Shown here piece after piece: positions 44,570 through 52,725 of a stretch of 52,725 nt of DNA. The stretch comes from an uncultured Clostridia bacterium. GTDB taxonomy: Bacteria; Bacillota; Clostridia; Christensenellales; UBA1242. The DNA lies in contig CALVTF010000001.1 in NCBI GenBank assembly GCA_944360025.1, positions 1 to 52,725 of the forward strand. Reading direction: 5' to 3'. Position 1 is the stretch's first letter. Each line of letters begins with the position of its first letter. The position numbers were made by a program, and so were the translations under genes. The notes beneath the pieces are model-generated. The model was given only the letters and a program-made list of their open reading frames with translations. It had not been told where the DNA came from and searched no databases.

Positions 44570-47500
44570 ATGAGAGAGCGAATTTGTAATAATTGCGGAG
44601 GCAAAAAATATAAAGAGATAGGGCAGAATATGGTGAAATGCTTGTTCTGTGGGACTATCTATGTCGATGAATATGCGAACAAGGAAGAAGAGATATTGAT
44701 TGTCCAAGCATATGAAAAAATTCGTGATTTCAAATTTCAAGAGGCAGTAAAAGATTTTGATAAAATATTAGCACTTTATCCAAAATCGCATGAAGCGTAT
44801 TATGGTAGACTTCAGGCTAAAAATAAAGTGATTTATTTCAACAGCAAGGAAGGAAATAAGCGCTATCCATCTTTTTTTGGAAAAGAAATTCCAAACTATT
44901 TTGAAGATGAAGATTTTAAAAAAGCAGTGGAATTTGCACCTAAAGAGATTGCAGAAAGTTACAATGAACAAGCAACACGTGTAGAGAAAATCCGTAATCA
45001 CTTTTTAAATGATGCCACGAAATTTTCTTGCGACGTTGTTTTAAATATTAAAGAAAGAACTTCAAATGCCGAAAAAATAATTTCCGCATTAGAAGAAAAA
45101 AATCTTAAACTCTTTTTAAGAGAAGATATAAAAAAGCAAAAGAAAAATATTGAAGCCTTTACTTTTCAGGCTATAAACACAGCAAAAGTGGAAGTTTTGC
45201 TGGTGGAAAATGTAGACGCGTTGCTAGAACCGAAAATTAGAAATCTTTATCAAAGATTTTTATATCGAATTGCCATAAAAGATAGATTTCCTTCAAGTTT
45301 TGTTGTTGTTTATGATGACGAAAATGTGCCTATAGATGAAATTGAAAAGGCTTTTCCAAACTTAAAAAAATTGTATTCTACAAACGATAACAACTTTTCT
45401 TTTGACCTTGCAACATTTGTGAAAAGTGCAACTGAGAGAAATTACAACGAGCAAATTGGTCTAGAAAAAAGAGAAGTGGAAAGTGCCACTCCAATAAAAA
45501 AAGAAAAAGTGGAGATTGAAGCGGTTGAGCCGACAGAACTAGGGCATTATAACGTTGAGAATGTTCCATTATCTGAGAAAAATAAAGTTAAGTGGATTTT
45601 TTCTAGTATAAAAAATGGTGATTTTCAAACTGCTGAAAAACTTTTGAAGGAAGAAAAAGATAAAAACGAGGCAAGCGGTGAATTATATTTTGCTTCTCTT
45701 CTTTGTGAAAGAAAGATAAAAACTGAGGAAGAGTTTTTCTCAGATATAGAAAATTTTAAAAACAAAGAAGAACTTGAAAATGTTTTAAAATATTCTTCCA
45801 CTGATTTTGCAAATGACTTTGTAAACAAATGGGAACAACTCATTGTTAAAGAAAAGGACGTAGATTATTACTTAGAATATTTGGAGTTTTTGGCACAATA
45901 TAAAAATTCTATGCATGACGAATTTATTAGAGAGGCCGAAAATTTAGCGATTGAAACATTAAATGAGGACTTAATTAATGCCGTTTTAAAATGTTATAAT
46001 CCTACTGACGTAGACAAGTATACAAATTTTTATTTTCAACTTGCACAAGAATCAGGTGATGAAAGTTATTATACAAAGATATTAGAACTTGATGAAGGTC
46101 ATGCTCAAAGTTTATTTGCTATTTTTATGAAGAACTTTGACACTGTGGAAGAAAAACTTTCTTATCGTGATGGAAAAGCGTTAGAGGACGTTTTAAAATA
46201 TTGCGAAAAAGAGCGTCGTAGCGGATTTTTAACAGATTTAATAAATCTTATTTGTGAAGTTTCCTATTATGATATTAAAAAAGCCGAAGAACAATTCGAC
46301 TTCTATCTTTCATATATAAACGATGAAGAGATTTTGCAAAAAACTCTTATAAATTTGGCAACAGATTTGCAAACTAAAGGATTTTTTAATTTAGCAGAAA
46401 AATATCTGACACTAGCGATTAAAAATGATAAAGAAAACGCCGAACTTTATTGGCAACTTATTGCAATAAAAACGCATTGCCATAGCGAAAGTGAACTTTT
46501 AACCACTTCTGTTAAGATTTCAGATATGGAAGATTGGAAAACTCTTTTAAATTTTGCAAGTGACCAACAGGCAGAAAAATATAGCCAAATCGTCGCAAAG
46601 GCGAATATAAGTAGCGCCAAAAAAGTTTTTCGCCGAGAACTTTTAGATAAAAATGTTTTAAAAGAAAAACTTAGAGAATTTCTAATTAGAAATGACAAAG
46701 TTTTAAATGAAGCGGAGGATAAGGCTTTAGTCAAATATTATAGACAACAATTTACCGCTTTTGAGAGTTATTTTGATAAAATAAATAATGCTAGAACTTT
46801 CGAAGAATATGACGAAATCTTCCAAAGAATTTTTGACCGTATCGACATGATGGATTTGACGATTGACACTTCTGTTAATGTTGCCAAGATAAATACCAAA
46901 AAAGATAATTTAGAAGTATTGGAAAAAGAAGCGAAAAAAAGAGATGATAAATACCTCTCAACCATTGAGGAAGAAAGGCGAATAAAAAAACGCAAAGTAG
47001 TTTTATTTTGCTGTCTTCTTCTTGCACCTATGCTTCTTGTTTTATTGTTTTTGATTTTAGTTATTGCCGCTCCTAAGGATATGTATATGGTATTCACACA
47101 GGACGGAGTTATTATTTTTACCATTCTTTCTGTTATTCTAGGACTAGGTTGTCTTATTTACAATGTGATTAAAAAAACAGGCGATAAAAAGTGGAAGGTT
47201 GCAAGGTATTGTATAGTTATAATTGGTTTTGTCAATCTTGCATGCCTGCTTTTTGGATTTTATATCTATCCGCCTGAGATAGAAATCTTGAATGCTAATG
47301 AGTTTAATGCCATTGTTCACAATGCGAGTTTTGTAGATATAAAAATAGAAAATGACATTGATTTGGGGGATATAGGTTGGGCACCTGTGGATTTCTATGG
47401 CGACATAGAAGGAGAAAATCACAGAATTTTCAATATAAATTTCAAAAGCAAGGAAAATTTTTATGGTTTGTTTGATGAATTCGGTGGAAATGTGGATAAC

Positions 47501-48331
47501 TTAACCTTTGAAGTTTTGGAAAATGACTATGAAAATGTCACTCGATTTGGGGTTATTGCTTTAAATAATAATGGAGAAATAAAAAATTGTCATGTGATAC
47601 TTTCTACAAATATTTTGTCCACAACTTCTGATTGTTTGATTGGAGGTGTTGTCGCAAGTAATGGTGCGGGAGAAGTTTCAAATGTAACATTTGAGGGCAA
47701 TTTGAATATAACCTCAAATGGCAATGTTATTGCAGGCGGTCTTATTGGTGAGACTAGAAGCGAGTCGGAAATTAAGGAAAATTCGGTTGATTTTACGGCT
47801 AACTTTACCTTTGAAAATGGGTCCCTTCAATTTGGCGGACTTGTTGGAGAAAATTTGTCGACAATAACGACTTCAAAAGCAAATGTCAACTTTAATATTC
47901 AAGGGAATTTAAGTAATCCTTTAATAGGAGGGCTTGCAGGAAGAAGTAGAAAATCTATCAATAACTCCTATGCAAGCGGAATTTATAATTTGAATTATGT
48001 GAATGCAACAACAGGAGGACTTATTGGTCAATTTTCTAGGCGACATGAAAAATTGGAATATTGTTATCAAAATATTGACTTCCAAAATGTTGGCGAAGTG
48101 ACAGGCGCTTTAGTTGGAAATTTAAGAGAGGGAGAAGTTCGCTCATGTTTTGCTGTTGGTACCATGTCAAATTTGCTTGGAAGTAAGGGCGTTAACGAGG
48201 GTATTGCTCCAACTCCTCAAAATTGTCAAATTTTTGTATCAGCCGATGAAGTTACAAATACATTTGGTTTTTCGACAGAAATTTGGAATTTAGAGGGTAT
48301 TCTTCCAACTCTTATTTGTTTAGAAGGTTAA
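44570..48331 (+). CDS. 1253-aa multidomain protein: N-terminal zinc ribbon, TPR-like/helical cytoplasmic region, 3 TM helices, extracytoplasmic GLUG-motif repeat domain
   Basis: ATG lies directly after the TAG of the ATPase gene. Zinc ribbon CNNCGG..x..CLFCG, then a long helical region. TM helices at roughly nt 46997-47270. The C-terminal ~350 aa carry repeated GLUG-type motifs (LIGGVVASN, IAGGLIGET, QFGGLVGEN, LIGGLAGRS, TTGGLIGQF, VTGALVGNL). Confidence 0.75.
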   Translation: MRERICNNCGGKKYKEIGQNMVKCLFCGTIYVDEYANKEEEILIVQAYEKIRDFKFQEAVKDFDKILALYPKSHEAYYGRLQAKNKVIYFNSKEGNKRYPSFFGKEIPNYFEDEDFKKAVEFAPKEIAESYNEQATRVEKIRNHFLNDATKFSCDVVLNIKERTSNAEKIISALEEKNLKLFLREDIKKQKKNIEAFTFQAINTAKVEVLLVENVDALLEPKIRNLYQRFLYRIAIKDRFPSSFVVVYDDENVPIDEIEKAFPNLKKLYSTNDNNFSFDLATFVKSATERNYNEQIGLEKREVESATPIKKEKVEIEAVEPTELGHYNVENVPLSEKNKVKWIFSSIKNGDFQTAEKLLKEEKDKNEASGELYFASLLCERKIKTEEEFFSDIENFKNKEELENVLKYSSTDFANDFVNKWEQLIVKEKDVDYYLEYLEFLAQYKNSMHDEFIREAENLAIETLNEDLINAVLKCYNPTDVDKYTNFYFQLAQESGDESYYTKILELDEGHAQSLFAIFMKNFDTVEEKLSYRDGKALEDVLKYCEKERRSGFLTDLINLICEVSYYDIKKAEEQFDFYLSYINDEEILQKTLINLATDLQTKGFFNLAEKYLTLAIKNDKENAELYWQLIAIKTHCHSESELLTTSVKISDMEDWKTLLNFASDQQAEKYSQIVAKANISSAKKVFRRELLDKNVLKEKLREFLIRNDKVLNEAEDKALVKYYRQQFTAFESYFDKINNARTFEEYDEIFQRIFDRIDMMDLTIDTSVNVAKINTKKDNLEVLEKEAKKRDDKYLSTIEEERRIKKRKVVLFCCLLLAPMLLVLLFLILVIAAPKDMYMVFTQDGVIIFTILSVILGLGCLIYNVIKKTGDKKWKVARYCIVIIGFVNLACLLFGFYIYPPEIEILNANEFNAIVHNASFVDIKIENDIDLGDIGWAPVDFYGDIEGENHRIFNINFKSKENFYGLFDEFGGNVDNLTFEVLENDYENVTRFGVIALNNNGEIKNCHVILSTNILSTTSDCLIGGVVASNGAGEVSNVTFEGNLNITSNGNVIAGGLIGETRSESEIKENSVDFTANFTFENGSLQFGGLVGENLSTITTSKANVNFNIQGNLSNPLIGGLAGRSRKSINNSYASGIYNLNYVNATTGGLIGQFSRRHEKLEYCYQNIDFQNVGEVTGALVGNLREGEVRSCFAVGTMSNLLGSKGVNEGIAPTPQNCQIFVSADEVTNTFGFSTEIWNLEGILPTLICLEG

Positions 48332-48353
48332 AATTATAAAAATTTTTGAAATT

Positions 48354-48390
48354 AAAAATATAAACGACAAACTTGTCTTTATATTTTTTT
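48354..48390 (+). terminator. candidate terminator of the 7-gene operon
   Basis: Interrupted AT-rich stem AAAAATATAAA-GACA / TGTC-TTTATATTTTT with one bulge, running into a T-run. Confidence 0.45.
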
Positions 48391-48544
48391 GATTTTATTT
48401 GATTTAATTTAAAATAAGTGTTAAAATATACGTCGAAAACATTTTGTTTTCAATTTAAAGAAAAAAATAAAAATTTTCATATATATTAATTGTTGTTTAG
48501 TCTTTTGAATAAAAATATTAGATGACTTAAAATTAAGGTGTGTT

Positions 48545-50281
48545 ATGTTTAAATTATTGAGGTATTTAAAGAAAATCGATTATGCCTATGTTTTTATTAT
48601 CTTAGGACTAATCGTTTTGCAAGTTTGGCTCGACTTAAAACTTCCAGAATATATGTCGACAATCATCACTCTTCTTCAAACAGAAGGAGTGCCAAATCTT
48701 GTGAATGAAATTTTAATTAATGGTGGATATATGCTGGCTTGTGCTGTTGGCAGTTTGCTCTCCGCCATACTTGTTCATTTCTTTGTTTCTCAAATAGGAG
48801 CAAGACTTTCTGCAAATTTAAGATTGGCACTCTATGGTAAAATTGAAAGTTTTTCACTAACTGAAATGAACAAATTTTCAACTGACAGTTTAATCACAAG
48901 AACAACAAATGATGTCACTCAAGTTCAAATGTTAATCACAATGGGAATGCAATCACTTATCAAAGCGCCAATTCTTGCAGTTTGGGCAGTTATCAAAATT
49001 ATTGGCAAGGGCTGGGAATGGTCTATTGCAACAGCGGTTGCCGTTGGTGTTTTGATTATTCTTTCATTAGTTGTTGTTTTGTTTGCTCTTCCAAAATTCA
49101 AGAAAATTCAAACTTTAACAGACAATTTGAACAGGGCAACGCGTGAAAATTTGACAGGTATTAGGGTCATTCGTGCAAACAATGCTGAAGAATTCCAAAC
49201 GAACAAGTTTCAAGAATGTAATACTAAACTTACCAAAAACAATTTGTTTGCAAACAGAATAATGGCAATTATGTCACCAGGTATGTCACTTCTTATGACA
49301 GGTTTGAGTCTTGCAATTTATTGGATTGGAGCATATATTGTGGAAGATGCTGTCGATATTGCAAATATGATGGTTTTCACATCTTATGCAATGCAAGTTG
49401 TTATGGCGTTTATGCTTTTGATTGTCACATTCATCATTCTTCCAAGAGCATTGGTTTCTGCAAAGCGTATCAATGAAGTTTTGGACACTCATAACTCAAT
49501 AATTTCAGGCGAGCAAACAACAGGTGAAAACAAAGAAGAAGGATATATTGTTTTTGACAACGTTTCTTTCAAATATCCAGATGCGAACGAATATGTTTTG
49601 AAAGATATCTCATTTAGCGTCAACAAAGGCGAAACAGTGGCGTTTATTGGTTCAACAGGAAGTGGTAAAAGCACACTTATCAACTTAATTCCAAGACTTT
49701 ATGATGTCACTGAAGGTGCGGTCTTAATTGATGGTGTCAATGTTAAAGATTACAACTCTCATCTTTTGAACAAAAAAATAGGTTACACACCACAACGTGG
49801 AGTTCTTTTCAGTGGAACGGTTAAATCTAATGTTGATTTTGGAGATAACAATGCTGATGATGAGACAATTAAAAAATCTTTGAGCATTGCTCAAGCTTCA
49901 AACTTTGTTTCTCGTATGGAAGGCGGAGTTGATGGAAGAATTGCTCAAGGCGGAACAAATGTTTCGGGTGGACAGAAGCAAAGGCTTTCCATTGCAAGAG
50001 CGATTGCTCGAAAGCCAGAAATTTTCATCTTTGATGATAGTTTTTCTGCTCTTGATTTTAAGACTGATAAAAAACTAAGAATGGCTTTAAATAAACACAC
50101 AGATGGAATAACAAAATTTATCGTAGCACAGCGTATTGGAACAATTAAAGATGCTGACAAAATCATTGTTTTAGAAAGTGGCGAAATGGTTGGCATTGGC
50201 AAGCACGAAGATTTGCTTAAAACTTGCCCTATTTATAAAGAGATAGCGTTGTCGCAGTTATCAGAGGAGGAATTACAATGA
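48545..50281 (+). CDS. ABC exporter half-transporter (TMD-NBD), subunit with degenerate catalytic site
   Basis: 578 aa with an N-terminal 6-TM domain, Walker A GSTGSGKST and signature VSGGQKQR. Walker B is IFIFDDSFSALD, with Asp in place of the catalytic Glu. AAGGTG RBS. Confidence 0.9.
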   Translation: MFKLLRYLKKIDYAYVFIILGLIVLQVWLDLKLPEYMSTIITLLQTEGVPNLVNEILINGGYMLACAVGSLLSAILVHFFVSQIGARLSANLRLALYGKIESFSLTEMNKFSTDSLITRTTNDVTQVQMLITMGMQSLIKAPILAVWAVIKIIGKGWEWSIATAVAVGVLIILSLVVVLFALPKFKKIQTLTDNLNRATRENLTGIRVIRANNAEEFQTNKFQECNTKLTKNNLFANRIMAIMSPGMSLLMTGLSLAIYWIGAYIVEDAVDIANMMVFTSYAMQVVMAFMLLIVTFIILPRALVSAKRINEVLDTHNSIISGEQTTGENKEEGYIVFDNVSFKYPDANEYVLKDISFSVNKGETVAFIGSTGSGKSTLINLIPRLYDVTEGAVLIDGVNVKDYNSHLLNKKIGYTPQRGVLFSGTVKSNVDFGDNNADDETIKKSLSIAQASNFVSRMEGGVDGRIAQGGTNVSGGQKQRLSIARAIARKPEIFIFDDSFSALDFKTDKKLRMALNKHTDGITKFIVAQRIGTIKDADKIIVLESGEMVGIGKHEDLLKTCPIYKEIALSQLSEEELQ

Positions 50282-52068
50282 GAGGCGGGCGTATGATAGC
50301 GGGCGAAAAGCCGGCAAAGGGTATGTTTAAGAAATCAATGCTTAAACTTTTGAAATATTGCAAAAAGTATTATGGCGTGATGATTTTGGCAATTTTACTT
50401 GGAGTGGTTTCTGTTGTTTGTCAAATCTTATCGCCAAGCAAAATAGGTGATTTGACAGAGGTTATCACAGGTGCGATAGGGCAAGGTGTAGCCATAGATT
50501 TAGACAGAGTAACAAGTCTAGCACTTTTGATTTTAACTCTTGCTCTTATTATGGCAGTATTTAATTATTTTCAACAATTTATTATGGCAACTGCTACTCA
50601 AAAAATTGTTTATAGTTTTAGGCGTGATATTGCAGCAAAGATAAATAAATTGCCTCTTAAGTACTTTGATACTCATCTATATGGTGATACGTTAAGCCGT
50701 GTGACAAATGACGTAGACACTATTGGGCAGTCTTTAAACCAATCTATTGCTTCGCTGTTTTCTAATGTAATACTCTTTATTGGTGTTGTAATTGCTATGT
50801 TTGTTACTCAATGGATAATGGCATTCACTGTAATTGTAGCAACAATAATTGGGTTTATGATAATGCTTATATTCCTTACTAAATCACAAAAATATTTCAA
50901 TGTGCAACAAAAAGATTTGGGTGATTTGGAAGCGCATATTGAAGAGGTTTATTCAGGGCATAATGTTGTCAAACTTTTCAATGCTGAAAATAGTAAAGGG
51001 GATGAATTTCATAGTATTAATAAGAAACTTTATCGTAGCGCTTGGAAATCTCAATTTTTGTCAGGGTCAATGATGCCTTCAATGAATTTTGTTGGAAACT
51101 TTGCATTTGTGGCGGTTTGTGTTGTTGGGGCTATTTTAGTAACTAATGGATATATTGGTCTTGGACCTATTGCGACTTTCATGATTTATGCTAGAATGTT
51201 TACCAATCCACTTTCTCAAATTGCTCAATCTCTCACAAGTCTGCAGTCAACGTCAGCAGCAAGCAACCGTGTTTTTGAATTCTTGGAAGAACAAGAACTT
51301 CAAGATGAGAGCAAAAAGACAACTAAACTTGAAAATGTTAAGGGTAATATTGACTTTGAACATGTTAAGTTTGGATATAATAAAGATAAAGTTATCATCC
51401 ATGACTTTTCAGTAAGTGTAAAATCTGGGCAAAAAGTCGCTATTGTTGGACCTACAGGTGCTGGGAAAACCACTTTGGTCAATCTGCTTATGAAGTTTTA
51501 TGAAATTGATGATGGTGATATTAAGATTGATGGTATATCCATCAAAGATTTGACAAGAGAAAATATTCATGACCTTTTTGGTATGGTTCTTCAAGATACT
51601 TGGCTCTTCCAAGGGACTATCAAAGAAAACTTGAGATATAACAAAGAAAATGTTACTGATGAAGAGATTGTTGAAGCGTGCAAAAGTGTTGGAGTTGACC
51701 ACTTTATTCAAACCCTGTCAAATGGTTATGACACCGTTGTGGATGATACCGTCAATTTATCTGCTGGACAGAAACAACTTTTGACTATTGCAAGAACAAT
51801 GGTTGCAAATAATCCTATGCTAATTTTAGACGAGGCAACAAGTTCAGTCGATACAAGAACGGAAGAACTTATTCAAAAAGCTATGGATAAACTAATGGAA
51901 AATAGAACTTCCTTTATTATTGCACATAGGCTTTCGACTATTAAAAATGCAGATATTATTTTAGTTCTTAAGGATGGTGACGTTATTGAAAAAGGGAATC
52001 ACGAAGAACTTATGGCAAAAGGTGGTTTCTATGCTGATTTATATAACAGCCAATTTTCAGAAAATTGA
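50278..52068 (+). CDS. ABC exporter half-transporter (TMD-NBD), consensus-site subunit
   Basis: 596 aa with ATGA overlap with the upstream gene and GAGGAGG RBS. Walker A GPTGAGKTT, signature LSAGQKQ, Walker B LILDEATSSVD, H-loop IIAHRLS. Confidence 0.9.
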   Translation: MRGGRMIAGEKPAKGMFKKSMLKLLKYCKKYYGVMILAILLGVVSVVCQILSPSKIGDLTEVITGAIGQGVAIDLDRVTSLALLILTLALIMAVFNYFQQFIMATATQKIVYSFRRDIAAKINKLPLKYFDTHLYGDTLSRVTNDVDTIGQSLNQSIASLFSNVILFIGVVIAMFVTQWIMAFTVIVATIIGFMIMLIFLTKSQKYFNVQQKDLGDLEAHIEEVYSGHNVVKLFNAENSKGDEFHSINKKLYRSAWKSQFLSGSMMPSMNFVGNFAFVAVCVVGAILVTNGYIGLGPIATFMIYARMFTNPLSQIAQSLTSLQSTSAASNRVFEFLEEQELQDESKKTTKLENVKGNIDFEHVKFGYNKDKVIIHDFSVSVKSGQKVAIVGPTGAGKTTLVNLLMKFYEIDDGDIKIDGISIKDLTRENIHDLFGMVLQDTWLFQGTIKENLRYNKENVTDEEIVEACKSVGVDHFIQTLSNGYDTVVDDTVNLSAGQKQLLTIARTMVANNPMLILDEATSSVDTRTEELIQKAMDKLMENRTSFIIAHRLSTIKNADIILVLKDGDVIEKGNHEELMAKGGFYADLYNSQFSEN

Positions 52069-52087
52069 TATATAATAGATGGGTGCA

Positions 52088-52171
52088 GGCGAGCGCAGAA
52101 ATTCAAAACTTTGTTTTGAATTTCATCGAGCGTTCCGCTCGATAGTTCGCTTTAAGCGAACAGTGCTCGCC
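52088..52171. other. 84-nt perfectly paired four-helix-junction element (possible structured RNA or DNA cruciform element)
   Basis: Outer 9-bp stem 52088-52096 / 52163-52171 encloses three contiguous hairpins: 12 bp (52098-52109 / 52113-52124), 8 bp (52125-52132 / 52136-52143) and 7 bp (52145-52151 / 52155-52161). Linkers between helices are 0-1 nt. Locally GC-rich in an AT-rich spacer. Confidence 0.6.
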
Positions 52172-52274
52172 AAACAATCTCACTAAATCGACAAATATTT
52201 CTATAAAAATTAAAATCAAAAAAGAATAATAAAAATCAAATTTCACAAACTAACTTGCAGTTAGGAGGTGCAAA

Positions 52275-52725
52275 ATGATTTCAAGATTATTCTTTTCTTT
52301 TATGGGGGTACCAATGATATTTAATGCTATGTTTAATTTCACAGATATATTTTCATACGGACAAATGAATCTAATATATAACAATCAAGTTATCGAAATT
52401 ACAGATGAAGAGAAGGCAGATATACAGGGTGAAATAATAAAATACCTTGAAAATGCTTACGACTCTCCAGCGTTAGCCGTCACATTTCCAGAATTTTATA
52501 AAGAAATGCTTAAAGATGGATATTTTTTAAACTTTAAATTTGATAAACATTATGAATTCAATGGACTACCATTTGATGAATTAACAATTAAGATTGAAGA
52601 TAATGCTTATGGTTTCAATGTTTTTCGTGGGGAAAATGGAGTTTTTCAAGGTCGTTGTATATATGTTAACACAGAAAATTCCTCTTCAGAATTATATAAA
52701 ATAGTTAAAGAAATTGTAGATAATA
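52275..52725 (+). CDS. hypothetical protein, 5' part (runs off the right window edge); not in the supplied ORF track
   Basis: ATG 52275 lies 6 nt after AGGAGGTG (52263-52270). The frame is open for 150 codons to the window end (MISRLFFSFMGVPMIFNAMFNF... hydrophobic N-terminus). Confidence 0.6.
   Translation, partial: MISRLFFSFMGVPMIFNAMFNFTDIFSYGQMNLIYNNQVIEITDEEKADIQGEIIKYLENAYDSPALAVTFPEFYKEMLKDGYFLNFKFDKHYEFNGLPFDELTIKIEDNAYGFNVFRGENGVFQGRCIYVNTENSSSELYKIVKEIVDN

Noticed and set aside
52088-52171. Interpreting the four-helix element as a tRNA/tmRNA-like gene or as the ABC operon terminator
   Set aside because: Arm lengths (9/12/8/7 bp) and 3-nt loops are incompatible with a tRNA cloverleaf, and no T-loop or anticodon-loop features are present. 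No U/T run follows the structure on either strand, so it is not a canonical intrinsic terminator. It is kept as an unexplained element in the findings.
1-52725. Search for CRISPR arrays, IS elements, rRNA genes and long direct or inverted repeats
   Set aside because: None recognised by reading. There are no regularly spaced 25-40-nt repeats and no transposase- or integrase-like translations in the ORF track. The only RNA gene found is tRNA-Ala.

Overview
52.7-kb AT-rich segment (about one-third G+C by eye, not computed) that looks like chromosome of a low-GC Gram-positive anaerobe (Bacillota or Mollicutes-related). The standard genetic code applies, since TGA terminates nrdD and both ABC exporter genes. 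I saw no rRNA, CRISPR array, transposase or integrase. Gene order, left to right: the 3' part of a large acidic protein gene; a dcw-type block without mraZ (rsmH, an FtsL-position gene, a class B PBP with PASTA domain); a YugP-like Zn peptidase; a Gly-specific T-box leader plus glyQS; a processive family-2 glycosyltransferase split by a G10 homopolymer; an SDR; an ABC-F ATPase with one degenerate ATP site; a 14.2-kb gene for a 4732-aa membrane-anchored protein, translationally coupled to cardiolipin synthase; a small accessory-looking block with an orphan VirD4/TraG-type coupling protein; nrdD-nrdG (with NrdR-box-like sites), dut, a membrane protein and a bPH protein; tRNA-Ala(UGC); a 66-aa Cys-rich hydrophobic peptide; and a lipoprotein. 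The most interesting part follows: a tightly packed 7-gene operon (40.6-48.3 kb). It encodes an SPFH/zinc-ribbon protein, a single-TM protein, a TPR-like protein, two ESCRT-III (Snf7/CHMP)-like proteins, a MIT-domain Vps4-like AAA ATPase, and a 1253-aa zinc-ribbon/TPR/3-TM/GLUG-repeat protein. I read this as a candidate bacterial ESCRT-like membrane-remodelling or envelope-repair system. The window ends with a heterodimeric ABC exporter pair, an 84-nt perfectly paired four-helix-junction element and a 5'-partial ORF. All domain calls come from reading the translations and recognising motifs from memory; no searches were run.
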